Source: an uncultured Candidatus Saccharibacteria bacterium (GTDB lineage: Bacteria > Patescibacteriota > Minisyncoccia > Phycocordibacterales > Phycocordibacteraceae). Taken from it: DNA of 64,000 nucleotides. Under the pieces are notes generated by a model, which saw only the letters and a program-made list of their open reading frames with translations, ran no database searches and was not told the origin of the DNA. The stretch is from NCBI GenBank assembly GCA_964391975.1, contig CAYMNZ010000001.1:132465-196464 (forward strand). Direction: 5' to 3'. Below, piece after piece: positions 39,348-49,336 of the stretch. Every line of letters begins with the position of its first letter. Positions within the stretch are counted from its first letter, which is position 1. Position numbers and translations under genes: made by a program.

Positions 39348-40045
39348 TTACTCACGACGAACAGAAGGAGCGATGGGATCAGGAGCACGCTAAACCGTTT
39401 GCGCTCACCCAAATGGATTCGCACGAGCCTTCAAACGCCCTCGCGCCCTTTGTGGTGTTCCTGGAGAAGGAAGGGAGGACGAGGCTTAGCGGCGTTGAAA
39501 TGGGATGTGGCAAGGGACGCAACGTCATTTGGCTTGCAAAACAACCTATCGTCTCACAGATGAACGGCTTTGATTTCTCGACTGTTGCGATAGAAGAGGC
39601 ACGAAGGCGCGCACTAGAGCAGGGCGTTGCGGAGAAGGCGGTGTTCGATGTCATGGACGCCACACTCCCATGGTCCTACGACGCTGAATCATTTGATTTC
39701 GGTATTGATTGCACAGCCTCGGTAGATATTGAGAGCCCAGAAGGAAGAGCCACTGCCATCCGCGAGATGCGTCGCGTTCTTAAGAAAGAAGGCCTCTTGC
39801 TGGTGTATGTGATGTCCACTGACGACGAGTACCATAAGGAGCTCATTGCCAAGTCGCCAGCAGAGGAATCAAACGCCTTCATTCATCCGCAGACAGGGAA
39901 GTTTGAGAAAGTATTCTCTGAAGAGGAACTCGATCGCATGTATGCTGAGTTCTCCCTTGTCGAGGCGCGCAGGATTCCTAAGGTAACGGAGTTCTTTGGA
40001 AAGCCGTATCAATGCCTCCTCCATTGGAGGGTCTACCGAAAGTAG
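39344..40045 (+). CDS. Class I SAM-dependent methyltransferase
   Basis: VEMGCGKGRN motif I; FDFGIDC. Confidence 0.65.
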   Translation: MITHDEQKERWDQEHAKPFALTQMDSHEPSNALAPFVVFLEKEGRTRLSGVEMGCGKGRNVIWLAKQPIVSQMNGFDFSTVAIEEARRRALEQGVAEKAVFDVMDATLPWSYDAESFDFGIDCTASVDIESPEGRATAIREMRRVLKKEGLLLVYVMSTDDEYHKELIAKSPAEESNAFIHPQTGKFEKVFSEEELDRMYAEFSLVEARRIPKVTEFFGKPYQCLLHWRVYRK

Positions 40046-40063
40046 GGTGCTATAATTCCATCA

Positions 40064-40329
40064 TGTACGAACAGGAATCCATCAGCGACATGCTCAAGGA
40101 GAGCCTTGCGCTCGCAAAGGAAAATAACAAACTCCTCAAGGCCATGCGCCGTGATGCGTTTATAGGCGGGTTCCTACGCATTGTCCTCTGGCTCGTGGTG
40201 CTTGGCGGCAGTTACTACCTCGCCATGCAGTACCTGCAGCCTATCCTCAGTACGTTGAGTGGCATGCAAGGAGGCGAGGGGATGGATTTCAAAGCACTTC
40301 TCGAACAATATCGCAGCCTTGGTGAGTAG
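40064..40329 (+). CDS. Small hypothetical membrane protein
   Basis: 88 aa with one central TM helix (start MYEQES chosen to avoid overlap). Confidence 0.35.
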
Positions 40330-40357
40330 TGCGTTTTAGGGTAAAGTAGCCCGTATT

Positions 40358-40433
40358 GCTTGGATAGCTCAGTTGGTAGAGCACTTCCCTGAAGAGGAAG
40401 GGGTCCCCGGTTCGAGCCCGGGTCCAAGCACCA
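40358..40433 (+). tRNA. tRNA-Phe (anticodon GAA), CCA encoded
   Basis: Acceptor GCTTGGA/TCCAAGC; anticodon arm CTTCC-CTGAAGA-GGAAG; T-arm CCCGG-TTCGAGC-CCGGG. Confidence 0.85.
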
Positions 40434-40440
40434 AAAAGTA

Positions 40441-41520
40441 ATGACTTTGTCGAATAAGCTCATTGCCTGGGCGGCCCGAAACGAACGTAAACTTGGTGCC
40501 GCACTCTTTGGCTTTGGCTTCCTCACTGATGTCCTTACCTACGCACTGTTGCCCGTAGGGCTCGCCACACTGGCGTTTACGGCCTTCTTGGTGCTCGCAG
40601 GAGCTGCCATGCTTGGCGCACACATAACCGCTGCGTGGCACGAAGCAGAGCACCCAAGGAAGAGAGCCATTTCTGTCCTCTTCCCGTTAGTTGCACTCTA
40701 CGCGCTCGGTAACCTGTTCTCCGGGTTCGTCATTTTCTATGCCAAGAACTCGGTCATTGGTGTCTCCTGGCCCTTCATCGTCATCCTTATTCTTCTGTAC
40801 GCGGGGAGTGAATACTTTCGGATGTATAAGCACTACCTTGTTTTCCAGACCACGCTGTTTTTCTTCGCTCTCTACGCCTACGCAATTTTTGCCCTTCCGC
40901 TTGTAACTGGAACGATAGGCCCCTGGACCTTCGCCGGAAGCACACTTGCAGCAGGTCTCGTCTTCAGCCTCTACCTTCTTATTCTCTGGGCGGCAAATCA
41001 ACGACGCTTCCAGGAGAACGCTCGGAATACGATAGCCGCAAGTGGTGTCGTCATTACGGTGGTGGTCGTCTCATATTTCTCAGGCCTCATTCCTCCTATT
41101 CCGCTTGCGCTTAAGGACACAGGCGTCTATCACTCTCTCGTTCGTACAGCGGACGGTTACCGCGTGACTGGCGAAACCGCAAAGCCATGGTTCGACGTTA
41201 CGCCAACGCGTGTGCACACCGTTCCGGGTGAGACGCTCTATGCCTACAGCGCGGTGGCAGCGCCTGGAAACCTCACTGGCACCATTGTGCATCGCTGGGA
41301 GCACCACAACGATGGTGCGTGGATGACAGAGAGTAAGATTTCGTTTCCAATCTCTGGAGGACGCGAAGGAGGATATCGTGGCTACTCTGCAAAAGAGAGC
41401 CTTGCTCCGGGAAGGTGGAGGGTATCGGTAGAAACGCCTGGAGGACAGGTGGTTGGTCGGTTGCACTTCACTATAGAAAACACGGGCACAATGCCCGTGC
41501 TTATAGAGCAGCTGCTCTAA
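40441..41520 (+). CDS. Hypothetical polytopic membrane protein with C-terminal soluble beta-rich domain
   Basis: ~8 TM helices then ~130-aa domain; no family recognised with confidence. Confidence 0.45.
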   Translation: MTLSNKLIAWAARNERKLGAALFGFGFLTDVLTYALLPVGLATLAFTAFLVLAGAAMLGAHITAAWHEAEHPRKRAISVLFPLVALYALGNLFSGFVIFYAKNSVIGVSWPFIVILILLYAGSEYFRMYKHYLVFQTTLFFFALYAYAIFALPLVTGTIGPWTFAGSTLAAGLVFSLYLLILWAANQRRFQENARNTIAASGVVITVVVVSYFSGLIPPIPLALKDTGVYHSLVRTADGYRVTGETAKPWFDVTPTRVHTVPGETLYAYSAVAAPGNLTGTIVHRWEHHNDGAWMTESKISFPISGGREGGYRGYSAKESLAPGRWRVSVETPGGQVVGRLHFTIENTGTMPVLIEQLL

Positions 41521-41648
41521 CCTACGAGTGCTTGGGAGGCGCTAACGACGCGTGCGAGTGCCTCGCTGCGCTCCTGGTCGTTCTGTGCGGCCTTGTGCGC
41601 CTCAAGTGCATCTGAAAGCGCAGCGATAAGTTCTGGGGAACTCATAGA

Positions 41649-42137
41649 TTAGCCAACGCGCACGCGAAGCTTAGTCTGACGTGCCTTGTCGAGCTTCGGA
41701 AGTACAAGCGTCAAGAGACCGTCTTTTGCGGTTGCGGTGCAGGCATCAACGTCTACTTCCTCCGGAAGCAGGATGGTGCGTGAGAAAGAGCCCCAGAAGA
41801 GTTCGCGGCTGAAATAGTTGGTGTCTACCACCTGCTCGCGTTCCTCACGGGAGCCCTCGATAACCACCATATCCCGACTAATGGAAACATTCATTTCGTC
41901 AGGGCGCACACCTGCGGTAAAGGTGCGAATCACAATCTCGTCTGGGGTCTGATACATGTCGATAGGAAGCTGGCCTTCACTCGGCTCCTCCTCGCCGTAG
42001 GAAAGGACCTTGTTAGCGCCCATCTCGCGGCCCGGCACTTTCTGCTGCACTGGTGCCTCATCCTCGAAGTCATCGTAGTCGTCTGAGAGCGGGACGCCGC
42101 CGGTCAGTTTCTGAAAGAATGAGCGTTTTTTCATCAT
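41649..42137 (-). CDS. Hsp20/alpha-crystallin small heat-shock protein
   Basis: Alpha-crystallin domain (PIDMYQT...GLLTLVLPK). Confidence 0.85.
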   Translation of the reverse strand: MMKKRSFFQKLTGGVPLSDDYDDFEDEAPVQQKVPGREMGANKVLSYGEEEPSEGQLPIDMYQTPDEIVIRTFTAGVRPDEMNVSISRDMVVIEGSREEREQVVDTNYFSRELFWGSFSRTILLPEEVDVDACTATAKDGLLTLVLPKLDKARQTKLRVRVG

Positions 42138-42847
42138 GTATCGCAGGTGTTGGCTGGTAAATTTCGGTAGCGGAAGTATTTCAGAATCTCAAATACCGCA
42201 AAGAAGACGACTGCTCCAGTCCAGACCGTGAAGAACGCGAGGAGGGTGTGGGAGCCATCTTCTTGGATTATAAAGAAGTTAAATACGGCATGCAATGCGA
42301 TTGCAAGGATAAGACCGAGGGAGGCAGCCGCTGCCCGAACCGGACGACTGGCCTTGTAGGAGAAGGCAAGCGCAAATCCAATGGCCGAGGAGGCAACGAC
42401 ATGGAGTAACGTAGCGCCAACGAAGCGTAGGTTTCCAGTCACGAGTCCGCTCATAAACTGCCCATTAGAGATGGGGTCGATGAGAAAGAATGCATTCTCC
42501 ATCGCAGCAAACCCAAGCGCCACTGTAATCATGGAGGTTACGAGGTGGGTCGATTGTCTCGCAGCCTTATGGGTAAGAACAAAAATGGCAGCAAGGAGGT
42601 ACTTGGCCGTTTCCTCGATAGTGGCCCAGGCAATGATGGTAGGGAGGCCGGAAGCGAATGCGCTGAAGGCCCAGTGTTCAAGTGGGATGACCAGTGGCAC
42701 GCAGAGCATACCAACCAGAAACGCGATGGCGACGAGCCAGCGAGGCTCCGGGCAACGACGGTCTTCCTGGAGAAGGAAGTCGAGCCATACCAGAGCGGGC
42801 AAGAGCCCGCCTATGAGCGCATAGGCGAATGACTCGACTGAGGGCAT
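42134..42847 (-). CDS. PrsW-family intramembrane metalloprotease-like protein
   Basis: 7 TM helices with EETAK (EExxK) and FAAMEN (FxxxE) motifs. Confidence 0.55.
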   Translation of the reverse strand: MPSVESFAYALIGGLLPALVWLDFLLQEDRRCPEPRWLVAIAFLVGMLCVPLVIPLEHWAFSAFASGLPTIIAWATIEETAKYLLAAIFVLTHKAARQSTHLVTSMITVALGFAAMENAFFLIDPISNGQFMSGLVTGNLRFVGATLLHVVASSAIGFALAFSYKASRPVRAAAASLGLILAIALHAVFNFFIIQEDGSHTLLAFFTVWTGAVVFFAVFEILKYFRYRNLPANTCDT

Positions 42848-42876
42848 GCCTCCATTCTAGCAGGCCGGAAAGGCCT

Positions 42877-45036
42877 CTAGGTGGTCGGCCACTGGGCAAC
42901 CATGAGGAGCCCCTGATCTGGTGCAGCACTCGTCCAAACCTCCTCTGTAATGAATGGCATGAACGGATGAAGGAGTTTGAGGGAGTCCACAAGAAGAGCG
43001 TGTAGGAGCGTCTTACGGGAGGCTTTTGCCGCCTCGTCATTGCCCATAAGAATGGGCTTCGATTCCTCGAGGATGACGTCAGCAAAACGGTGCCAGATGT
43101 AATGGTAAATCTTCTCAGCCGCCATATACATGCGGTATTCCTCCATATCTCGCGTGATGCTTGCGACTTCTTCGGAAAGTTCAGCACGCAGTGCGGCGTC
43201 AGTTTCGTTGAGAGGAGCAGTGAGGTCAGCACCCTCAGTATTCTCAAGGACAAAGCGCGCGATGTTCCAGACTTTGTTTGCAAAATGCTTGTAGCCCTTA
43301 ATCTTGTCTTCGGCGAGGCGGAAGTCGGTACCAGGAGTATTTCCCACAATAAGACTCATGCGTGCCGCGTCCGCTCCATACTTGGCAAGCACGTCGATAG
43401 GGTCGATGCCGTTACCAAGTGACTTCGAGAACTTACGACCCTGTGCGTCACGGACGATGCCGTGCAGGTAGACGGTACGGAAGGGAACCTGCCCAAGCGC
43501 AAATCCGCTCATGAGAATCATGCGGGCAATCCAGAAGAAGAGAATGTCGTAGCCGGTTTCAAGTACGTTGGTCGGATGGAAGCGGCGCAGGTCGCCTGTT
43601 ATCTCCGGCCAGCCAAGCGTTGTAAAGGTCCAGGCGCCCGAGGAGAACCAGGTATCAAGCGTATCCTCGTCCTGTACCCAACCCTCGCCCTCTGGGGCGT
43701 TTCCGACCGCTATCTCTTCGCCCTTGTACCACACCGGCACGCGGTGTCCGTACCAAATCTGACGAGAGATACACCAGTCCCTGAGGTTATCTATCCAGTG
43801 GAAGTAGGTTTTATCAAAATGCTCAGGCACGATGCTTACACCCTTCTCTGCAACGGCAGCACGCAGCAGTTCCTTGAGCGTAATGGAACTTCCAGACTCA
43901 ACGCCTGGAATTTCTGAGTGGTCGATAGCAAAGGGCTTGTTCACGCTGATGAACCACTGAAGCTTAATCTGCGGCTCAATGACGCCACCAGTACGCTCGG
44001 CCGTCGCCACGTTGTGGGTGTAGTCTTCTTCCTTCTCAACAAGTCCCTTTGCACGCAGTTTCTCGATAATCTTTTCGCGAGCCTCAGCAATCTTCATGCC
44101 GGCGAACTCGCCTGCGATAGGGAGGAGCTTCCCGCGCTCATCGATAATCTGCTCCTTCTCCAGGTTATGTCGTTCAGCAATATCAAAGTCGGTGACATCA
44201 TGCCAGGGAGTGATGGTCATGACGCCAGTACCAAACTCCATATCAATAGCCTCATCCTTCACCACGGTTGCGGTGATAGGACCGTTTATCCATTCAAGGT
44301 CAATCTGCTGGCCATCAGTGTAGGCAGCGTAGCGAGGGTCAGCAGGGTGCATCACAACGTACTTGTCGCCGAACTTAGTTTCTGGACGCGATGTACCAAT
44401 AACGAAAGGACCATACTTAAGGTAGTAGAATTTCTCCTTGCGTTCGTCGTACACAATCTCGTCATCCGAGATGGTGGTTTGTCCTTTAGTGTCCCAGTTC
44501 ACGATGCGGTGTCCGCGATAAATGAGACCGGCGTCATACATGCGCTTGAAAAGCTCGTTCACTGCCTTGTTCCGGTTCGCATCAAGCGTGAAGGCTTCGC
44601 GTGACCAATCGCAGGAAGCTCCCATGGCACGAATCTGTCCTTCGATGGTCTTTCGGCTTTCTTCAACGAATTCACCAATACGTTTCAAGAGCTCATCACG
44701 GCCGAGGTCATGGCGGCTCTTCTTCTCCGCTTTCATAATGTCCTTCTCTACCTTTGACTGTGTCGCGATGGCGGCGTGGTCGGTTCCTGGGAGCCAGAGG
44801 GTGGCCTTACCGCGCATGCGGTTGTAACGAATGAGAATGTCTTCAATGGTGAGGCCAAGCGCATGACCCATGTGGAGCACTCCCGTCGCGTTTGGCGGCG
44901 GCATTATGATGGTGTAAGTCTCGCTTCGCTCCCCAGGAAGCTCATCCGGGTTGAAATACCCACTCTTCTCCCAAACCGCATAGATACGGCCTTCTGTGGC
45001 GGAGGAATCGTAGGGCTTCTTAAACTTCTCGTCCAT
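42877..45036 (-). CDS. valS: Valine--tRNA ligase (short form, no C-terminal coiled coil)
   Basis: HIGH-type PPPNATGVLHMGH, KMSKS-type KFSKSLGN, CP1 editing domain; 719 aa. Confidence 0.9.
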   Translation of the reverse strand: MDEKFKKPYDSSATEGRIYAVWEKSGYFNPDELPGERSETYTIIMPPPNATGVLHMGHALGLTIEDILIRYNRMRGKATLWLPGTDHAAIATQSKVEKDIMKAEKKSRHDLGRDELLKRIGEFVEESRKTIEGQIRAMGASCDWSREAFTLDANRNKAVNELFKRMYDAGLIYRGHRIVNWDTKGQTTISDDEIVYDERKEKFYYLKYGPFVIGTSRPETKFGDKYVVMHPADPRYAAYTDGQQIDLEWINGPITATVVKDEAIDMEFGTGVMTITPWHDVTDFDIAERHNLEKEQIIDERGKLLPIAGEFAGMKIAEAREKIIEKLRAKGLVEKEEDYTHNVATAERTGGVIEPQIKLQWFISVNKPFAIDHSEIPGVESGSSITLKELLRAAVAEKGVSIVPEHFDKTYFHWIDNLRDWCISRQIWYGHRVPVWYKGEEIAVGNAPEGEGWVQDEDTLDTWFSSGAWTFTTLGWPEITGDLRRFHPTNVLETGYDILFFWIARMILMSGFALGQVPFRTVYLHGIVRDAQGRKFSKSLGNGIDPIDVLAKYGADAARMSLIVGNTPGTDFRLAEDKIKGYKHFANKVWNIARFVLENTEGADLTAPLNETDAALRAELSEEVASITRDMEEYRMYMAAEKIYHYIWHRFADVILEESKPILMGNDEAAKASRKTLLHALLVDSLKLLHPFMPFITEEVWTSAAPDQGLLMVAQWPTT

Positions 45037-45056
45037 AATCTGGAAAGTGTAGCAGG

Positions 45057-46217
45057 TTATCGCTCTAGGGCGAGGTTGCCGTCTGCTCGCATGCTGCCCG
45101 CCTCCATGAACTCGCCCTCCTGTGCGCGGTAGAAGCCTGCGATGCCTATCATGACGGCATTGTCGCCCGTGAAGCCCTCGGGAGGGAAGTAGACCTGCAC
45201 GTGGGGGTGCTCCTGTGCAAGGCGTTCGCTGAAATAGGTTTTGAGGTGCCTATTTGCAGAAACACCACCACCAACTGCAAGTGTTTTTGCCTCACTCTCT
45301 TCGAGTGCTTTTGCAGTTTTCGCATATAGCACCTCTACCGCTGCATCTTCAAACTCACGAGCTACCTCGCACTTGTCGGTATCCGTAAGCTCGCGGTCTT
45401 TCACCAAATACATGACTGCAGTCTTAAGACCGCTGAAAGAAAAATCAAAATCAGGTGAACTAATCATCGGACGGGGGAGCTTCACAGCTGAGTCGCTGGC
45501 ACGCATCGGGTGCGCAAGTCGTGAAATCTCAGGACCACCTGGGTACGGGAGCCCAAGCATGCGCGCAACTTTATCAAACGCTTCTCCCACTGCGTCGTCG
45601 CGAGTTCGTCCGACGAGTGCATAGGAGTGCCATCCGCCCATAAGAATAAGTTCAGTGTGTCCGCCGGAAATGAGAAGTGCCAAGGCGGGGAACTGAAGAT
45701 CTGAGATGGAGAAGGACCGTGCGTCGCCTTTTACCAAGGAAGCAAGCAGGTGTCCTTCCATGTGGTCAACAGGAACCAATGGCTTCTCCCATACGAGTGA
45801 AAGCGCCTGTGCAAAGTTAACACCCACCCAGAGCGCAGGCTCAAGGCCAGGACCGCGGGTAACCGCGATGGCGTCGATATCAGGAACAACTACTCCAGAT
45901 AGAAACTCCACCAACTGTTCTTTTAGGTCGTGCTCGCGGTCGAGGAGTGCGCCGATTTTCTTCTCTACGTTGAGGGTAGGTCCATCAACATACATTCCCG
46001 CCTCAATAAGAGCCGCGCGCAGAAGCGGCGTGAGGTTCTTTGCGTGCTCGCGCTTAGCAACTGCCGGGAAGACTCCACCAAACTCTCGGTGCACGTCTAT
46101 CTGGGAATAGAGGGCGTTTCCAAGAATAGTAAAGCGGGCAGATTCTTTAGAACCTGTGGCTTCGAGGATAGCGACTGCAGTCTCGTCGCAGCTTGTCTCT
46201 ATGGAAAGGACTTTCAT
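45057..46217 (-). CDS. tsaD: tRNA N6-adenosine threonylcarbamoyltransferase TsaD (Kae1/Gcp family) with an internal insertion
   Basis: MKVLSIETSCDET N-terminus, His pair HMEGHL, GGGVSAN; ~45-aa insert relative to canonical TsaD. Confidence 0.85.
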   Translation of the reverse strand: MKVLSIETSCDETAVAILEATGSKESARFTILGNALYSQIDVHREFGGVFPAVAKREHAKNLTPLLRAALIEAGMYVDGPTLNVEKKIGALLDREHDLKEQLVEFLSGVVVPDIDAIAVTRGPGLEPALWVGVNFAQALSLVWEKPLVPVDHMEGHLLASLVKGDARSFSISDLQFPALALLISGGHTELILMGGWHSYALVGRTRDDAVGEAFDKVARMLGLPYPGGPEISRLAHPMRASDSAVKLPRPMISSPDFDFSFSGLKTAVMYLVKDRELTDTDKCEVAREFEDAAVEVLYAKTAKALEESEAKTLAVGGGVSANRHLKTYFSERLAQEHPHVQVYFPPEGFTGDNAVMIGIAGFYRAQEGEFMEAGSMRADGNLALER

Positions 46218-47050
46218 CCGTCTAATTGTTCCCAAGGAATTGGAGAACCCCAAGGAAGGGAGAAGGCGGCGGCGTTAGGGTGCCCATTGCCGCCGTACTT
46301 CTGTGCAATTTTAGCGACATCGACCGAGCCGTCACCCCGCAGCGATACGCGCAGTCCATCAGGGCGTGCCTGCACACACAAAGCGAGCGGCGCCTTCTTT
46401 CGTGCAAGGCGGTTCCCAAGATCAGAAGAGAAGATGCTGATGGTTGCGGCGAAATAGCATTCATAGCCCTCAAACCGCACGAGCTTCGCGTCTTCTGCCA
46501 GTTCAGCAACGATGGAATCAGAGTGCGTGCGGTAGATTTCTCCACGCTCAATCATCTTTGCGCGTATTGCGGGGTCTTCAATTTCTCCGGCAATCCTGTC
46601 CCATGCCTCGAAGGTAAAGGGCTGGGTATAGATAGAGGCGAGGAGTTCGCGGGAATGAGGGAGCGCGAAACGGTAGAGGTCACCTTCCTGCACATAGGTA
46701 AGGAGTGTGGGCACGGCAGTGTCAGGATGGAAATATTCCCAGGCGATGACCGCGCCGGAACGACTCGCGTCATATACATGGTTTTTCATGCTCTCGACGA
46801 CGTCCTTCACTCCTTCGTGGTGGTCAAGCACGACCAGAGAAGCTGCTTCCTCCTCTAGCCGATTCATATCTTCCTGGTGGTAGATGAAATCGATGAAATA
46901 CAGGTGCGCACCCGAAAGACCTTCAGGCACCGGCCGGCCGTGTTTAACCGGCAGGTACTCCGCAGCGTCTCCAAACTTCTTCCAGGCTGCGTACGCGCCC
47001 CCGAAGCCGTCGGGGCAGTCACCATGGAAGAGAATGACGGTACGTTCCAT
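46214..47050 (-). CDS. DHH/DHHA1 phosphoesterase (NrnA-like nanoRNase/pAp phosphatase)
   Basis: DCPDGFGG, VLDHHEG (DHH), GGNGHPNAAA (GGGH of DHHA1); stop overlaps tsaD start by 4 nt. Confidence 0.7.
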   Translation of the reverse strand: MERTVILFHGDCPDGFGGAYAAWKKFGDAAEYLPVKHGRPVPEGLSGAHLYFIDFIYHQEDMNRLEEEAASLVVLDHHEGVKDVVESMKNHVYDASRSGAVIAWEYFHPDTAVPTLLTYVQEGDLYRFALPHSRELLASIYTQPFTFEAWDRIAGEIEDPAIRAKMIERGEIYRTHSDSIVAELAEDAKLVRFEGYECYFAATISIFSSDLGNRLARKKAPLALCVQARPDGLRVSLRGDGSVDVAKIAQKYGGNGHPNAAAFSLPWGSPIPWEQLDG

Positions 47051-47053
47051 ATC

Positions 47054-48049
47054 CTAGGTTTTCGCTTTGGCTCGCTCCTTAAGCGAGGACCAGAGTGCTG
47101 CGGCAACGAAGGCGATACCGATGAGACCCGTAATCGCTTCAGGGACACGGAAGAAGAGGGACATGAGCATGGTGGCTGCGAGTCCGAGAATTGCCCAATG
47201 CGCACCGTGTTCAAGGTAGACGAGAGTATCAAGCGTCTTCTGGCGCACCATATAGACGGTGAGCGACCTCACGAAATACGCACCGACACCAAGACCTATC
47301 ACGATAGATATGAGCTCGTTGGTGATAGCAAACGCACCAATCACACCGTCAAGCGAGAAAGCGGCGTCGAGAATGTTGAGGTAGATAAAGAGCGCAAACC
47401 CGCTTGCAGCAGCCCCTGCTTCTACAGTGAAGGCGTTTGCGATTCCCTGCATAAGGATGAAAAGCACGATGCCAACAATACCCGAGAAGAGGATGGTAGC
47501 GGCGTGTGCTGGTACAACGAACGCGATTCCTGCGATGACAGCAAGAGAAATACCAATCTCAAGCGCTTCAATACGGCCCCAACGAGAAATGTGCTTCTCG
47601 ATGACATGCAGCCAATGCACCTCCTTCGCTTCATCAAAGAAGTATTTGAGTGACACCATAAGAAGGAAGATACCGCCGAAAGAAGAGATGGCCATGTGTG
47701 CGCCCTCGAGCAGGTGACCATAGGCTTCCGGGTCATTAAAGGCGAGTTGTGCTACTACCCACGGAGACACTGATACCGAAAGGGCAACGATAAGTATCGG
47801 GAGCACGAAGCGTGTGAGGAATACCGCAATCAGGATGCCCCAGGTAAGGAAGCGGCCCTGCCACTTCTCGCTCATCTGGGCGAGGATTTTGGCGTTCACC
47901 ACCGCGTTATCAAACGACAACGTCACCTCAAGCAGGGTAAGGAGAAGCGTAATAAGGAAGGCGTGGAAGCCGCCCCAGAGGTAGACGCCGACAAGTGCCG
48001 CTATCCAAATAAGAACGGGAAACGCGAAGGTGCGAATGGCAGGGTTCAT
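47054..48049 (-). CDS. TerC/DUF475 family integral membrane protein
   Basis: ~9 TM helices; TLLLTLLEVTLSFDNAVVNA TerC-like motif. Confidence 0.65.
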   Translation of the reverse strand: MNPAIRTFAFPVLIWIAALVGVYLWGGFHAFLITLLLTLLEVTLSFDNAVVNAKILAQMSEKWQGRFLTWGILIAVFLTRFVLPILIVALSVSVSPWVVAQLAFNDPEAYGHLLEGAHMAISSFGGIFLLMVSLKYFFDEAKEVHWLHVIEKHISRWGRIEALEIGISLAVIAGIAFVVPAHAATILFSGIVGIVLFILMQGIANAFTVEAGAAASGFALFIYLNILDAAFSLDGVIGAFAITNELISIVIGLGVGAYFVRSLTVYMVRQKTLDTLVYLEHGAHWAILGLAATMLMSLFFRVPEAITGLIGIAFVAAALWSSLKERAKAKT

Positions 48050-48056
48050 GTTTTTG

Positions 48057-48129
48057 TGCGCGGTGCAAGATTCGAACTTGCGACCCTCTCAACGTCAATG
48101 AGATGCTCTACCAACTGAGCTAACCGCGC
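48057..48129 (-). tRNA. tRNA-Val (anticodon GAC)
   Basis: Reverse-strand cloverleaf: GCGCGGT acceptor, anticodon arm TCTCA-TTGACGT-TGAGA, T-arm GCAAG-TTCGAAT-CTTGC; no encoded CCA. Confidence 0.8.
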
Positions 48130-48172
48130 AGTTCTCGCACAATATCGCACTTTCATGTAGGATTCAAACCGC

Positions 48173-48796
48173 ATGAAAATCGTTGTTCTCGAAGACGGTA
48201 ACCTCGACGCGGTAGCAAAGGAGGCGGCAGACGCCCTTAAAAAGGGCGGTATTGTCATCTACCCAACCGACACTCTCTACGGTATCGGGGTGAACGCACT
48301 TGATGAAACTGCGCTTACCAAACTCCGCCGACTTAAGGTCAGGGAACAGAAGAAGCCCATGAGCATTCTTGTTCCTTCGGTTGCGCATATCTCTCGCTAC
48401 GGCCACATGACGAATGCTGCCCAAGAGATTGCCGAGCGACACCTCCCCGGCGGTCTCACCCTTATCCTCCCAGCGACCGAGCACGCACCCCGTGATATCT
48501 CACTTAATGATGCTATCGGCATCCGTGTGCCGGGAGATGAGTTTTGTCGTGCACTCTCAGAGGCGTTTGATGGCCCTATTACTGCAACCAGCGCCAATCG
48601 TGCCGGTCTCCAGACTCCGTGCGATATCCGCAGCATCATTGAGCATTTCGGTCCAGACATTGAACATCTTTCAATTGTTGTTGATGGCGGTGAGCGCGCA
48701 GGCGGCACTCCCTCGACGGTGGTGTCGTTCGTCCACGGAGAGATTCCTAGAATACTTCGCGAGGGGGTAATTACGCGCGAGGAGCTTGGATTATAA
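48173..48796 (+). CDS. tsaC: L-threonylcarbamoyladenylate synthase TsaC/YrdC
   Basis: YPTDTLYGIG YrdC motif; single-domain (no Sua5 C-terminal domain). Confidence 0.85.
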   Translation: MKIVVLEDGNLDAVAKEAADALKKGGIVIYPTDTLYGIGVNALDETALTKLRRLKVREQKKPMSILVPSVAHISRYGHMTNAAQEIAERHLPGGLTLILPATEHAPRDISLNDAIGIRVPGDEFCRALSEAFDGPITATSANRAGLQTPCDIRSIIEHFGPDIEHLSIVVDGGERAGGTPSTVVSFVHGEIPRILREGVITREELGL

Positions 48797-48838
48797 GGTT
48801 CGAATCCTAGGCGGCCAGCAATGTGATAGCATTTCTCT

Positions 48839-49279
48839 ATGTCCACTGAAGATCCAACACGTAAGGTAGAAACTCACGAAAAGGGAGATGATAAGCTCGG
48901 CGAAATAGTCGAGCTGATGAGGCCGTCATACCAGGTTATAGATACCGGTGTTCTTAACGATAAGCATCGCGAGACGCTCTATAACTTTGAATTCGGAAAT
49001 TTTAATGGAGAATCACTTTCCTTGGTGCGTTTCGAGAAAGGGGCGCTTCGCCCTCCACATATCCACGATACTTCAGCAGCCAAGTTCTACTTCATCGAAG
49101 GTAATGGATTTGTAATCCTAAACGGCGAGAAGATACCGTATGCAAAAGGCACGTATGTAGAGGTTCCCGCAGGAGCACCGCATGGGTTTGAAGTTACGGA
49201 GGACACCTTGATGTTCTCGATTCAGGACAATGGCGGGATTATAAAAGAAGATAAGTCTATAGATTTTAGGTACGAATAG
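48839..49279 (+). CDS. Cupin domain protein
   Basis: PPHIHD...YVEVPAGAPHGF two-motif cupin signature. Confidence 0.6.
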   Translation: MSTEDPTRKVETHEKGDDKLGEIVELMRPSYQVIDTGVLNDKHRETLYNFEFGNFNGESLSLVRFEKGALRPPHIHDTSAAKFYFIEGNGFVILNGEKIPYAKGTYVEVPAGAPHGFEVTEDTLMFSIQDNGGIIKEDKSIDFRYE

Positions 49280-49336
49280 TGCCTAAAGCGAAAACGGTTC
49301 CAATATCGTCCCAGCCAGCTACGATATACTCTCCAT

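Noticed and set aside
46226-46858. 210-aa plus-strand ORF
   Set aside because: It is antisense to the DHH/DHHA1 phosphoesterase gene and has no recognisable features.
48781-48838. Possible degenerate tRNA (GGTTCGAATCC T-loop-like) after tsaC
   Set aside because: No acceptor, D or anticodon arms can be formed from the flanking sequence. It was kept only as a short-motif observation.
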